The translations under genes were made by a program, and so were the position numbers. This document shows positions 33,126 through 45,300 of a stretch of DNA of 64,000 nucleotides, one piece after another; positions within the stretch are counted from its first letter, which is position 1, and each line of letters begins with the position of its first letter. The notes below the pieces were generated by a model that made no database searches, was not told where the DNA came from, and was given only the letters and a program-made list of their open reading frames with translations. The stretch comes from a virus (taxonomy: Duplodnaviria; Caudoviricetes), in IMG/VR virus record IMGVR_UViG_3300022555_000031, positions 1 to 64,000 of that record; one strand, given 5' to 3'.

Positions 33126-34833
33126 GCAACTCCCACCTTTAACCGAGGAAGAGATTAAGGGGGCCAAGGAGATGGCTGAGGCCATCTTTACGCCGTCTGA
33201 CGGGAGGACTCCAGAGGAGTGGATGGAGGACCTGTTCACTCCAGTTAAGGAGCAGAAGATAGAGGCGACGCCAGATGAACTTGGGGCTGAAGTATTGGCC
33301 ACAGTCAGCCCAGAGACATTCTCCAAGTATTACTTTAATCAGACATTGTTTGGCAACCAGGTGGATATGGTGAAGGCCATTCTGGACCCAGTTATAAGGA
33401 AAGTCGAGATAGTGGAGCCGAGGCAGGTGGGAAAAACGTCGGCGATTGCCACGGCATCTGGCATAGCGTTGGAGCAGTTGGGCACAGAGTATAATGAGGT
33501 CAGTCCGAACGAACCATATAGAGTTGGTATCTTCTCTCCTAAGTTGGGGCAGGCTCAGATAGATGTTAATAGGTTGAAGAGATATTGCGAGCGGAATAAG
33601 AAGGCGTATCGCTTTGTCAATTGGAACGAAAGTAATTCCACCAAGTTGGTGTGGCATAATGGCTCAGAGCTTCATGCGGTATCGGCGAGTGAGCAGGCGG
33701 AAACAGAAGGTCAAACGTTCAATCTAATCATAATGGAAGAAGCCCAGAGGATATCCGATTACTCTGTCTCGGAAAAGATACTCCCTATGGGTGGAGCGAC
33801 TGGTTCAAAGATAGTCAAAGTCGGGACCGTGCGTGCGGTGCGTAATCATTTCTGGAAGTCATGGCACGACCCGCAACAAGGATATCATAAAGTTTCACAT
33901 ACCTGGATGACCTGTCCCAATCTCCTACGTGGAGGATGGTTAACAGCCAATATAAATGGGGACCAATTGAAGTTGTCCAGGTATGTGATGGATAGGATGC
34001 CGTTGTCAATCAAACAGCAACTCTATCCATCCAACCCAGAGTTATGGACGCATGGGGATATGGATGAAGCCGACTTCAGGACGCAGTATTTATTGGAGTG
34101 GCTGGAGACGCATGGCCTATATCTTACGGAGCGAGAGAGAGAGCTACTGATAGGGACCCATGAATTACAGACTGGGCACGTGGGCCAGGAGTATCTTGTG
34201 GCGGGGATAGACTTCGCTGGTTCGGATAGCGATAACGCCGATGAGACTTCTATATCAGTATTGAGGGTCACCAACGCAAAAGTTAAAGAGAAGATATGGG
34301 GGTGCACGTTTAGGGGTGACCCGATGTCCCAGTTGCAGGAGATAGTAAACATCCTGCATCCTTATGTGGGGAAGTTCAGGCCGAGGAAGATTCTTGCCGA
34401 CGCCACTGGGATTGGATTATATCCCGTAGCCCAACTGAGGGCATCTGGCCTGCCAGTAGATGGGATTAACTTTGGGGCCACGGAGCCCGACAGTGCGTTA
34501 TCTGGATTAAGCATGAACTATAAGAATGCCATGTGTTCGTATACGAAGTCCGAGATAGATAATGGGAGATTTAAGTATGCAAAGAAACAGCAGTATATTA
34601 TCCCAGAGATGAATGTCAACTACCACAAAGGATTGGACCAGTGGTTCGACCTGGAAGTAGAGAACACGGATAGAATCAACAAGCAGATAGGGCATGCCGA
34701 CGGAGCCTATGACGACGTAGTGATGTCGGATGTGCTGGCAGTATTCGCAAGCAAGACCGAGAGGACCATCCTCCCGCAGAGGAATCAAATGAATTCAATC
34801 AGGGTGGCATTTGCACACCCAGGGATACGATAA
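33112..34833 (+). CDS. terL: terminase large subunit
   Basis: Walker A PRQVGKTS, Walker B LIIMEEAQ, nuclease acidic motifs AGIDFAG, DATGIG and DDVVMSD. Confidence 0.92.
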   Translation: MMENEQLPPLTEEEIKGAKEMAEAIFTPSDGRTPEEWMEDLFTPVKEQKIEATPDELGAEVLATVSPETFSKYYFNQTLFGNQVDMVKAILDPVIRKVEIVEPRQVGKTSAIATASGIALEQLGTEYNEVSPNEPYRVGIFSPKLGQAQIDVNRLKRYCERNKKAYRFVNWNESNSTKLVWHNGSELHAVSASEQAETEGQTFNLIIMEEAQRISDYSVSEKILPMGGATGSKIVKVGTVRAVRNHFWKSWHDPQQGYHKVSHTWMTCPNLLRGGWLTANINGDQLKLSRYVMDRMPLSIKQQLYPSNPELWTHGDMDEADFRTQYLLEWLETHGLYLTERERELLIGTHELQTGHVGQEYLVAGIDFAGSDSDNADETSISVLRVTNAKVKEKIWGCTFRGDPMSQLQEIVNILHPYVGKFRPRKILADATGIGLYPVAQLRASGLPVDGINFGATEPDSALSGLSMNYKNAMCSYTKSEIDNGRFKYAKKQQYIIPEMNVNYHKGLDQWFDLEVENTDRINKQIGHADGAYDDVVMSDVLAVFASKTERTILPQRNQMNSIRVAFAHPGIR

Positions 34834-37800
34834 TGAATAACGTTATGACAACAGCTAAGCTATATAAGTTCTTCGCCAACAACGATGACCTCAGTGTTTT
34901 CACTAACACTGCACTGTGGGGTGGCCCAAAATTTGTTAAAATGGGTAAGTTGCCAGAAGATGATTTACACCCAGGCAGGCCCCTGTATATAATGGCTAAC
35001 TACAATGTAAGCTTTGAGCATGAAGGTTTCGAATTGCTTCCAGAAGAAGAGCGGGAGAACATTCTTGACAACGCCGTGATAGAGAAGGTGCTATCGTTGC
35101 CGAGTAAATGGGATGCTATCTGGGTGTATCATCATGATACGTTTGAGTGTATTTATAAGGAGCCACAGAACATCTTGTTAAGGGAAGGTATGAATAAAAG
35201 GGCAGATGGCGAGCCAGCTATCTTGCGTGGCGGTATGCTGTCAGTAGAAACTTTAGCCTATAAATTCTTCGATAGTGAGGAAGAGGCAAAGGAGTGGGCA
35301 TGGGGAGGTCGGGCAAATGTTCGTCCAAATAATACATATGAGGGTGTTGGTACGGGATGGACAGCGGTTCGGGGTTATGACTGGAGGGTCTTTGTTCCCG
35401 AGGGATGGGTTACCCCAGGGATAGTGGGCGATGAGCTACATCCGACCAACGTGCAATTACTGTGCGAAGAAGTGCGTAAGGGATTCAGTGATGCTCCCGA
35501 GGAAGCGTTGTGGGACGAGGTGAGCGTTAGGTCAGGCGTTCCATCTGGCAATGGTAAGTCTTGGATAACGGTTCCAATGGAACCACGGAACATATTACTC
35601 CGAGAGGGCTCATTTGAAACAGACGCAGTAGTAGAGATAAGGGAGATAGAGAAGGAAGGGGCACGGGGTATATCAGTGGAAGGCGAAGAGAGTAATGAGA
35701 ATGGAAGCTACCGCCTCATCAAGATGATTTATCCGACGTCTATCCAGAGGTATACGAAGGGTCAGTTCAGGTGGTGTGTCTGTAGTCCAGAAACGGCAGA
35801 GAGAATGGGGATATCCAAGGAGAAGCCGTTCTATGTGATAGAGAAGAACGGTCAACCATATGTTGCGTGGATAGATGGGGATGAGTATGTGTTTTCTGGA
35901 TATAGTGGTCGCATCCCCATGACCCTAAGACAGTATAATGAGCTGAGGGAGCTGAAGACCTTTACCGTCCCAGAGATTGTTTTTACTGAAGAAGAGAAGG
36001 CTCGGGGGGCTATATCTTGCCACGATTTTACACAGAAGGACTACACTTGGGAGGAAGAACGTGATGAGAACAATGCCAAGGTTGACGCCAAGTGGGATGA
36101 TGCCGATAGGGAGTTTATGACCCGTCAATGGAACCGCTACTGGGAGAGGCCCAAGGAGAATTACGCTCAAGCACAAGGTATAGAGAAGGAAGCCCTGGGC
36201 GGAGTAGAAATGCACCCCTACTGGATAAGCAAGAACAACGAGTTGATTGATGTGAAGGAGTGTGGCGGGCATGGGTTCGTGTGGGAGGTTTCGGAAGAGG
36301 CTAAGGAAACCACAAGGGAACATGTCGGCCCCCTTGGGGACGGTGTCGACATAGATGCAATCAGGGATACACTATTGATGCGGGGATGGGTTAGGATGGA
36401 GACGGTGTGGAAGTCTCTTATGTTGCAGGCAGAAACTGTCGAGAGCTTATACGATACCTACCCAGTGTGGAGGGAGTTTATTAAAGGTGACACAAGGTTC
36501 TTAATAGAGATTAACGAGCCCCATAAGAGCTACGACCCCGTGAACCAGTATGAGTTAGAGGGGCACGGTATGAACATTTTTGACTATATAGGGAATGGTG
36601 GCGAGTTGGTGGATAACGAGACCAAGACGGCGAGTGGCGGTTACTCAGTAAAAGATATAGTGAAGGTGATGAAGGCAAGAGGAGAGAATTGTAGGGACCA
36701 GTGGGAAGAGTGGTATGGGTCAAGGGACGGCGGGAGCTGGATAATCGCTCCCAACGGAGATTGGTTCCCAGTGTCTCAGCATCAGGATTTCGAGGATGAG
36801 ATGCGTGAGGAGTTTGGTATTAAGTGGACCGACGAAGATGAGGAGTGGATACGTGTAGCAGGTGGCCCGAAGGTAATAGCCTTCGGAGTACCGTTTGGGC
36901 CAAACAACCTGGAGAGGATAGAGAGGTTTATATCAGAGGTTTCACTCAGTGGGAATACTTTAGTTACAGACGGCAAGAGAGAGACGACAATAGAAGATGT
37001 CATAGAAGATGGCTTAGTGAGTGCGTTGATGGGAAGAAGGTCAGCGAGCATAGGGAAGAAGGCCAGAGGAGAGGACGAGAAACTTGAGAGATACGTAGAG
37101 ATGCTTGGCAAGTTCCTGGTGGAGGATTTGGATATCCGCAGGCTGGAAGATTGGGAAGATAGCGTGCGTAGTTGGTGTCAAGGCAGATATCTGCAGAACG
37201 CAGATTTTGATGTAGAAGAGTATCTGCCACAGGAAGACTTAATATTGTGGCGGATATATTATTATCTCGTAAATGGCGACACGGTTATCGCTGACTGGCA
37301 TGACGTTTATACCAAGAGAGCTATCACAGAGGCCCTTTGGCCGTATCTTGTGCCTGGAGTGCCAGACAGGAAAAACATATTCTTTGACAGTGATGGGAAT
37401 TTGTCTACTGAGAATATTCAGATGTCGAAGCTTGAAGCCTACACGGATGAGCTTCAAATGGATGCCGAGCAATCAGCGTTGGACTACGGGTTCAATATCA
37501 ACGACTACCTGGACCAATTTTTCAGTGTCAGTGAAGACGAGGGTGCGTTAGAGAAGCATGAGTTCGCCAGATATCTTCTTGGCAAAGACAGTTACAATCC
37601 CTATGAGGATTTACCTGAAGAGAAGGAGCTGACCAAGAAGTTCTTCCAGGAGTTCAGTCGTGGTGGGATGAATATACTGGAGAGGGAAGGTAGGGTTAAG
37701 ACTGCGATGAAATGGAACGGAGAATGGGAGCCTGTGGAGTGGGAACCCTTGGACGGGATGAATGAAGCTGTTAGGTTCCGTATTGCCGAGTCGGTGAGAG

Positions 37801-38564
37801 CAGGAGAGCTTGCTGGCCATATAAAGTATTACCGTGATGAAAACACCTTGGAGTATGTTGAATGGTCGCTCAATCGGGCCCTCAATAATAGATACCAAGC
37901 CTTTACGGAAATCAGGGATGGTAAGAATAGTGGCGAGGGTTGGGAATTGGAGTGGATAGCCTCTTTGGGAAGAAGGGAGTCAACAAATATCCTCCTGAGA
38001 GAAGGAAGTATTAACAAGGTTGCAGGGATGGAGCAGGCTGATGCACTCGTGAAAGGTGTGACACGGGGTGGACATCGTATGCTGATTCGCAAGGATGATG
38101 ATGATGATAACATAGAGATAGGCATTAGCTATGACCTGTGGGAAGAGGTTAAGAGGGATTACCTTGACGACAATATTAACATGACACAGATGTTTAACAA
38201 GTGGGTTCCTCGGCTTTGCGGTGTCGGGTTAACAATCCCAAGGGAAGATTTATATGGTGTCCGTATCATGACAACATACTTTGTTGATTTTTCCAATGAC
38301 CATATCATGGAAATTAACATGTCGGTGGATGGGGCTAATGTACCCAGGGCCTGTTACGATGTGCCAAGCTTCAGGGAGGGCCTCGACTTCACTGACATAT
38401 TAGACGCCACGGGCTCAGAGAGTATCGAGGCTTGGTTGAAGGGTAAAGTAGAGCCGTTGAACATATTGTTAAGAGAGGGTTCTTTTGAACGAGATGCCAT
38501 AGTAGAGATTAGGGAGGTGTCGGATGAGAGTGGAACGAACGGTTTGGCAGTGGTTAATCAGTAA
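34833..38564 (+). CDS. large acidic modular protein with 5 NILLREG-type tags (probable virion cargo/polyvalent protein)
   Basis: Tags at codons starting 35169, 35589, 37671, 37986, 38460; two P.G..H..GWVR modules; one KW/DY module. Confidence 0.85.
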   Translation: MNNVMTTAKLYKFFANNDDLSVFTNTALWGGPKFVKMGKLPEDDLHPGRPLYIMANYNVSFEHEGFELLPEEERENILDNAVIEKVLSLPSKWDAIWVYHHDTFECIYKEPQNILLREGMNKRADGEPAILRGGMLSVETLAYKFFDSEEEAKEWAWGGRANVRPNNTYEGVGTGWTAVRGYDWRVFVPEGWVTPGIVGDELHPTNVQLLCEEVRKGFSDAPEEALWDEVSVRSGVPSGNGKSWITVPMEPRNILLREGSFETDAVVEIREIEKEGARGISVEGEESNENGSYRLIKMIYPTSIQRYTKGQFRWCVCSPETAERMGISKEKPFYVIEKNGQPYVAWIDGDEYVFSGYSGRIPMTLRQYNELRELKTFTVPEIVFTEEEKARGAISCHDFTQKDYTWEEERDENNAKVDAKWDDADREFMTRQWNRYWERPKENYAQAQGIEKEALGGVEMHPYWISKNNELIDVKECGGHGFVWEVSEEAKETTREHVGPLGDGVDIDAIRDTLLMRGWVRMETVWKSLMLQAETVESLYDTYPVWREFIKGDTRFLIEINEPHKSYDPVNQYELEGHGMNIFDYIGNGGELVDNETKTASGGYSVKDIVKVMKARGENCRDQWEEWYGSRDGGSWIIAPNGDWFPVSQHQDFEDEMREEFGIKWTDEDEEWIRVAGGPKVIAFGVPFGPNNLERIERFISEVSLSGNTLVTDGKRETTIEDVIEDGLVSALMGRRSASIGKKARGEDEKLERYVEMLGKFLVEDLDIRRLEDWEDSVRSWCQGRYLQNADFDVEEYLPQEDLILWRIYYYLVNGDTVIADWHDVYTKRAITEALWPYLVPGVPDRKNIFFDSDGNLSTENIQMSKLEAYTDELQMDAEQSALDYGFNINDYLDQFFSVSEDEGALEKHEFARYLLGKDSYNPYEDLPEEKELTKKFFQEFSRGGMNILEREGRVKTAMKWNGEWEPVEWEPLDGMNEAVRFRIAESVRAGELAGHIKYYRDENTLEYVEWSLNRALNNRYQAFTEIRDGKNSGEGWELEWIASLGRRESTNILLREGSINKVAGMEQADALVKGVTRGGHRMLIRKDDDDDNIEIGISYDLWEEVKRDYLDDNINMTQMFNKWVPRLCGVGLTIPREDLYGVRIMTTYFVDFSNDHIMEINMSVDGANVPRACYDVPSFREGLDFTDILDATGSESIEAWLKGKVEPLNILLREGSFERDAIVEIREVSDESGTNGLAVVNQ

Positions 38565-38580
38565 GCCAACTTTAATAACA

Positions 38581-38691
38581 ATGGGCCAGGTACTGATAGC
38601 GGTCCTTGCGGTGGCGTTACTGTTGTTCTTTGGTGGGAAGACGATAGACTTCAAGATGTCGAATATACTCGGGCCAGGAGGATTGAAATGA
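38581..38691 (+). CDS. small membrane peptide (36 aa)
   Basis: MGQVLIAVLAVALLLFFGG...; ATGA coupling to next gene. Confidence 0.5.
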   Translation: MGQVLIAVLAVALLLFFGGKTIDFKMSNILGPGGLK

Positions 38692-38984
38692 TAATCAGGA
38701 AATTAGATAACGAGAGCGAGAAGATAGTCAGGGCATTATCCCTTGAGCCAGACAAGGATGCGGTAGTGAAAGGCATCAACGCCATACTTGAATCGCTGGA
38801 TGAGGGGAAGGTTAATACGGCCTATGCACTTGTGCTGTCTGGTAGGGCAAAGCAGTATGGTATATCCGATGATGAGGCGGATATGTTGAGATGGGTGACT
38901 GGCGACAAGATGCACGTTATTATCAATGTTAACTTCTCGACAGTGTCTCAGCTCGAGGCCCTGGCGAAGAAATACAAGAGGTAG
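38688..38984 (+). CDS. hypothetical protein
   Basis: 98 aa, SD GGAGG. Confidence 0.7.
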   Translation: MIIRKLDNESEKIVRALSLEPDKDAVVKGINAILESLDEGKVNTAYALVLSGRAKQYGISDDEADMLRWVTGDKMHVIINVNFSTVSQLEALAKKYKR

Positions 38985-38988
38985 CCCG

Positions 38989-39123
38989 ATGCTTAAAATA
39001 CTCGAATTCATATCTCGCCATTTCATATTTTGTATCAAGACCTGGACTATAGCGGTCTGGGGGCTTGCGATTCTTTTGCTCCTTATAATTATTATCGGCC
39101 AAAACAACTCCAGGAAGCCATGA
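38989..39123 (+). CDS. small membrane peptide (44 aa)
   Basis: TM helix IAVWGLAILLLLIIII; ATGA coupling downstream. Confidence 0.5.
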   Translation: MLKILEFISRHFIFCIKTWTIAVWGLAILLLLIIIIGQNNSRKP

Positions 39124-39368
39124 GGATGAGGCCGTCTATGGATAGTGGGTCAGTAGAGACCCGCAAGGCAGAAGCCCGTAAGATGATTTACGATGTCCTC
39201 GACCAGGATAGACAGGTATTTATTGGCGAGGTATTCGTTAACACAGGCATCACACCGCAGGAAATCAGCGAGAAGTTCATTATCAACGAGACAAGAATGA
39301 TAACGGATGCCGACAAAGACGGGTACGGTTACAACGTAGAAGCCCGTGTCAGGCTGGTGAGGAAATGA
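39120..39368 (+). CDS. hypothetical protein (start revised)
   Basis: ATGA coupling at both ends. Confidence 0.6.
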   Translation: MRMRPSMDSGSVETRKAEARKMIYDVLDQDRQVFIGEVFVNTGITPQEISEKFIINETRMITDADKDGYGYNVEARVRLVRK

Positions 39369-42300
39369 CGGAACAAGAGATAAATAAAATATGGGAGTTG
39401 GCCAGGAGCGTTAATCACAGCTTCCAGGTGAACCTGAGCTTTGAACGTGATGGTTCAGATGAAAAACAAATCAACATCTCTGCTGATATGGCGGAAGAAC
39501 TGCGTAAAGACCTTCTATCTGGGGATTCCAAGGAAGAGGTCTACGGGAGATGGTATAACAGAATTCCCACCAGCAGGGCTCTCCCGAGTAGCGGAGTTGT
39601 CTTTTTCAGTCTGCACGAATACTACCACATCAATCCGTCTGCTGGCATATACGAGAACGTGAACTACTGCCTATGCACGGGATATACACGGGAAATCCCA
39701 GGGCGTCTTGTGGATGTTGGCCCATGGATGTTCAGCACGTCACCCAGCAGATTCAGAAACTTACTTACGCAGTATGAAAGAGAGTATGGGAGGGATAAGT
39801 TGATAGATTTGTTAAACAGGCTCGCCTCGCAGAACATTCTGTTGCGTGAAGGTAGTCGAAAGGGTGCGGAGAAGCTTATTGAGAAGGTAAAGTGCGAGCA
39901 CCAGTTGACAGTCACAGACGCCACCAATGATGATTCATGGGCCTGCGTGATTGATAGTAGCCTGTTCAAGTTAAAGGAAATTGAGGCCGACTTTGCGAAT
40001 GGTGACCTCGGTGCCGACGGGATGGTGCAGAAGTGGTGGGATTTGCTTGGGGGAAGTGACGAGCCTACAGACGTTGAGAGTATTGAAATTATCAAGGTAT
40101 ACGATGTGACGCTTAAAGACGGAGACCTGATTCAGATGTTTTTTAGTTTCAATGGGGAATATTATGAGTGGGTGGATATGGATACGTCGGGTTGTGGTGA
40201 AGACAGCGATGGAGAAATATTTCAAGACGAAATAGATAGGATGAGCGATATGGCAAGGATACAGATGCTGGACAGTTTCCTTGAAGGAGAGAACATCTTG
40301 CTACGGGAAGGTAGCCGAAAGGGTGCGGAGAAATTGATAGCATGTGCAGAGCGTAGCCACCAACTCTTCATGGAGAGTGAGGAGTATGGTAAAGAGTGTT
40401 GGGAGGTGGGCAACGACTTAATAGGCGACGTAGAGGCCGATTTTAATAATTTAGATATAGACGGTGATACGTTTGTGTTGAAATGGCGTGGCCAGCTTGG
40501 CGGGGATGGGGTGAGGCTTAATACCGACACGGTTAAACTGTTCAGGAAATATAACGTGACATTCCAGGATGGGGGCTCGTGTTGGATTACTTTCGTACGT
40601 AAGCTAAACAGGCCTGAATACGGGGGACCCATTACAGACGCAGTTTACGGTGGTGGCGATGTGGCAAAATTTGAGAGGCACATACAGAGCATGTCGGACT
40701 CTGAGATAATAAATATGTTGGATGATTTCCTTGAAGGCGAGAACATCTTATTAAGAGAGGGAAGTCTCAAGGGTGCTGATAAGTTGATTGACCGTGTAAC
40801 CCGCAAGCACTACTTGGACCTGGAGGGCGGTTTTGGTGCAGATTCTTATGACATAGAGATTGGTAGCGGGTCGTATCTTGAGGTTGTTGCTGATTATCTC
40901 AATGACAACGTTACCGTGGGAGACCTGATAGGTAAGTGGTGGGGCCCGTTGACTGATAAACCAAAGCCCGAAACACTTCACCTGGTCGGCAGTATCGGCG
41001 TGCAGAAGGTGTTGGATATCCGTGTCAAGGATGGGGGGTTGGTAAGGGTTACCTTGGAGTTAAACAAAGTAAGTCAATGCTATGAGCTTCTCCGTGTAGA
41101 CGAGATGGTGCAGAGTTTGGACTCGAATAGTTTGCTGGACGAGATGGAGGAGGTACCCAATAGTGAGTGGCTTTTCTTGTTGGTCCCAAAGATTGAAGGA
41201 GAGAATATCTTGCTCCGTGAGGGCATGAACAAGAGAGCACAACTGGATAGTTCCCATATTATGGACGTTAAGCGGAATAATCGGATAGAGGTTATGGTGG
41301 GCGACGGCGAAGATAGGGGCGATTACACTGAGTGTAGCGATGATGAGTTCAAGGAGTTGCTTGCTGACGTTTCTAATAATTCTATAACCAACGAGGACTT
41401 TTTGCGGAAATGGTGCCCGAGTGTCCCAGGGGAAGAGGCGTATGATTTGAATATGGCTATCTACTCGGAGTATTGCATCACATTTGCAGATGGCGGAGAG
41501 ATAGAGTTCTCGCTGAGGTATATGGGGCTACAGGACACGAATCTGTGGAGACTACATAACCCAGAGGTCCATGTTGCGTCGGACCAGTCCAGTGCGTTCA
41601 TGGATTACCTGACGAGGCCAGATATGGGGGCGGTAACTTATTCGAGGATGATACCAAATGAAGATGTGGAACAGTTGAACAACCTTTGCGGTGGGACGAA
41701 CATATTACTGAGGGAGGGCACTCTGAAGAAGGCCGATAGCGTGGCGTCAATGAAACGGATGGACGAGTTGACCAGGTCTGTGACTTGCGAGAGAACGTTT
41801 GAGGTGTTGGCCCTGAACGCTGATAATCCCTCTCGTGAAGGTAGCTTGGACAAAAAGGCCATGAACACACTCCAGGATATGGAAGGGGTTGTGGCGTGGG
41901 TATCGCACAAGAATATCCTTTACTTACTTCCTCTGAACGGGGACTTTGGCATAGAAGTTGAGATACCAGACAGCCTGATACCAGACATTCTGATAGATTT
42001 TTCGAATGGCAACCTCAGTCAACAAGGGATAGCAAGGACATGGTGGCCCGACTTATCTGGTGGGGAGCAGGTGCCAGAGAATGAAGGTTGCAGACTCATC
42101 TCTCAGTATGCAGTGGAGATGAGCGATGGTGGTGCGTGCACGGTGGAGTATGTATCCGCCCCAGGCTTGGATGGGCATAGTGTGCATAGGATTACAAAAG
42201 AATCTAATGACGCTAATGTGTTCTATGATTTAATTTTTAATTATAAAGACAGAGAAGTTTACGAGTGGCTGATTGATAGGGTAAGTGGGAAGAACATTTT

Positions 42301-45300
42301 GCTAAGAGAGGGGGCCTTGGGTAAGGAGGCGAGGGTGAGATTAGAGGATATGAGCGACCAGGTAGAAGAGATAACACACGAGAACATCTTCTACGTGGTG
42401 CGGTGTGCGACTTCTGAAAACACAGACTTCGAGATACCAGATGATATCCTTGCAGAGGTTTGCCATGATTACATGAGTCTAAGAAGTGCCCAAGAGGTGA
42501 TAGACAAGTGGTGGGGTAAGATATCTACACAGCCAAAGCCAGAAGACTACGAGGGAGTGAGGATTGTTTCCCAGTATTATGTAGGCATGAATGATGGTGG
42601 TATTGGCCGACTGGAGTTTATATTGGACACCGTTCATGGGTGGTCCTGGTTATTTCACGAAGAGTATCAACCCTCTTCGGCTATACGCAATCTCGAGCGG
42701 TTACTAAGTGGTGTGACGGCCAGCAAGGCAATTGATTGGTTAAACACCAGGATGGAGGGGGTTAACATCCTGCTCAGAGAAGGAACCGTTAAGACGGCTC
42801 TTGAGGAATACCCATTGAATAGGGTGAACGATAAAGTGACATGTGTGAAGAGTCAGCTTGCGTTGGTGTTTCATATGTATACTTATAATGAAAGAGCCGA
42901 AGAGATTGTGGTAATCCCCCGTGAATACGAAAAAGGTGTTATTACTGATTACGTAGACCAAGCTATAGACATATCGGGAATGGTGGAGAAGTGGTGCCCG
43001 AAACTGTTCGAAGATGGGCATCGGATGCGGGACGGCAGTGCACTTGAGCTGTGCACGGGGATTGACCTGCTTCGTCAGTATATAGTTGCAACAGATGATG
43101 GCGGGGAGATGGGGTTTGATTATAAATGTAACACCGACCCGCAGGATTTTATCTATTACGAGCGGGGTATAATGACAGAGACTCCGCATGCCAAATTGGT
43201 CTTTGACGAGATAGCGGACGACGAAGATAGGCTTGGTTGGTTGAATATGTGGGCAAACGGGATAAACATACTCGAGAGAGAGGGGAGCGTAAAGACTGCC
43301 GAGTCGGATGTGGAGTGGGATAAGATAAGCGATATGATAGAGAAGGTGGATTATCAGTTGTGGATTGATTATACGGGGGATAGTGTCTACTTTGACCCGC
43401 TTGAAGTCCCCCGTGAGCTCGAGCAAGAGATAATCAAGGAATACCATGACCTTGAAGGTGTAGGGGTGGAGATTGGGACTATACATGCCGTGCAGGCGTT
43501 CTTTGATAAATGGTTCCCCCGCTTAGGAGTGGAAGAGGATATCCCGACATACAATCCCAATAGGGATAGTTGGGGATTCACAACCGAATACATTGTTGCG
43601 GTGAAAGGTGGTGGAACTGTAACTGTTTCAGCGTATGGAGAGCCAGCGGAAGTGACTGAAGACATTCGGGAGATAGACGGTTATGGTGAGGGTCAGCCCT
43701 ACTTTGAATTTTACGATGCGATTGGATATGCCTGGGAAGTAGACCCAGAGCGTCTGCGTGAGCTTTTGTGGAACAGGTATCAGGGTGGGCAGAACATATT
43801 ATTAAGGGAAGGTCGGGGTAGCCTATTCCGAGGGATAGATTTTTCCGTTGTATCAGGTGTAGATATTCATGTCTATATTGAATGGGAAGACCAATATGAC
43901 GGTCGAAAGAGGGGCCATGTTGAGTTGCAGGGTGACGACCTGCGGGATGCGTCAAATATTTACCGTAGCTGGGGTGAGGCTCCTGAATACTTCAAGGAAC
44001 ATTATCTGCCAAAATTCATTCCAGAGGGGATGGACATTTATCCACTTTACCCGAAAGTTACAGTGGAGGGGACGATTACAACGGCAGATGGCGGGAAGTT
44101 ACGCTTTGATAACAGCTATTTATGGCAATTAGGAGAGCCTACTCCTCAATCTAAAAAACTATGCAGAAAGATTTACAGTCGTCGGGAGGCACATTGCACG
44201 GCAGATTTCGTTGCGTGGGCCGTTGAGTTCCAGGAGGGCTCCACGAACATATTGTTACGTGAAGGGTCTCAAAGGGAAGTAGTACCGTTCTACTATCCCA
44301 ACGTGCAGGTGTTGTTGGAAAACTTCCCACAGTATGAGGGCAGGCTTCAGACAGTTAATCCAGACGAGGTTAGGGAATGGATAAGCGAGGTAGAGGGTAG
44401 GGCCGAGACAAAGTTTAATGAGAGCATAAGCCCAGAGGATTATTTATCCAAGGACGATAGCTGGGCCTACAACGTATTGGGAAACGCACTTGGGGTATGC
44501 CCAATAGACTATGATGACCGTGAAGAGGTATTTGATTACCTCAAGCAGTTCTTGATTAACCCATTGACTACAATCGATGAATTATTCCCAAGGTCAGACG
44601 TGGTCCCGCCGTTTGAAAGGTACCTGGACGAGGGAAAGATGCGGTATGCCTATGAGTATTTATGGGATGCGGGATATGAGAGGGCCCTTTCAATTGATTT
44701 CTGTGCACAGGATTATCTTGACGAAGCAGAGGGGCAGATGTTGATTTGTGCCCTATTCCTGGTTGGTGATGCGGAGGCGTTGGCTCCTGCAAGCATATGG
44801 GATAAGTTCTTTATCAAGTTCTCACCCAAGACCACGTTAGAGCGTGAAGGTGTAAGGGTTGAAGGCATGATGAGGAAGGCGTCGATAGAGTTCACGCCGA
44901 TAGATTTGGGCGGGATAGTGAACGCTTATGACTTTATGTCAGTCCATCCAGAATACGACCCCAGGAAGGGTGGTGAGGTTGTTGACAGTGGTCCCATTGA
45001 TAGAAGGAGAACAGTGGCGAAGCTTGTCACGATACTCGGGACAAACGGCAAACACGCAGTATTATTGATGGACGACGGTTCCAGATACCTGGTTGGCAAG
45101 AAGCCGTTCCAGTTGCTACATGGGGCCTGGGAGGCCAATCTCTCTGGCAAGGGTGTCACTGAAAAGATGGAGAAGCTACGTGATAATCTTAACGAAGAGC
45201 AAGGTGAGGCTGAAATAGATTTTGTGGGAGAAGTAGACCAGCACAGGGCGGATGATTTGTTCAAGACCTGGGAGGAGTTAACTCCCAATGAGCAAGTAAT

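Noticed and set aside
33112-34833. Intein or intron in terL
   Set aside because: 573 aa is a normal length, with motifs in ordinary spacing and no intein termini.
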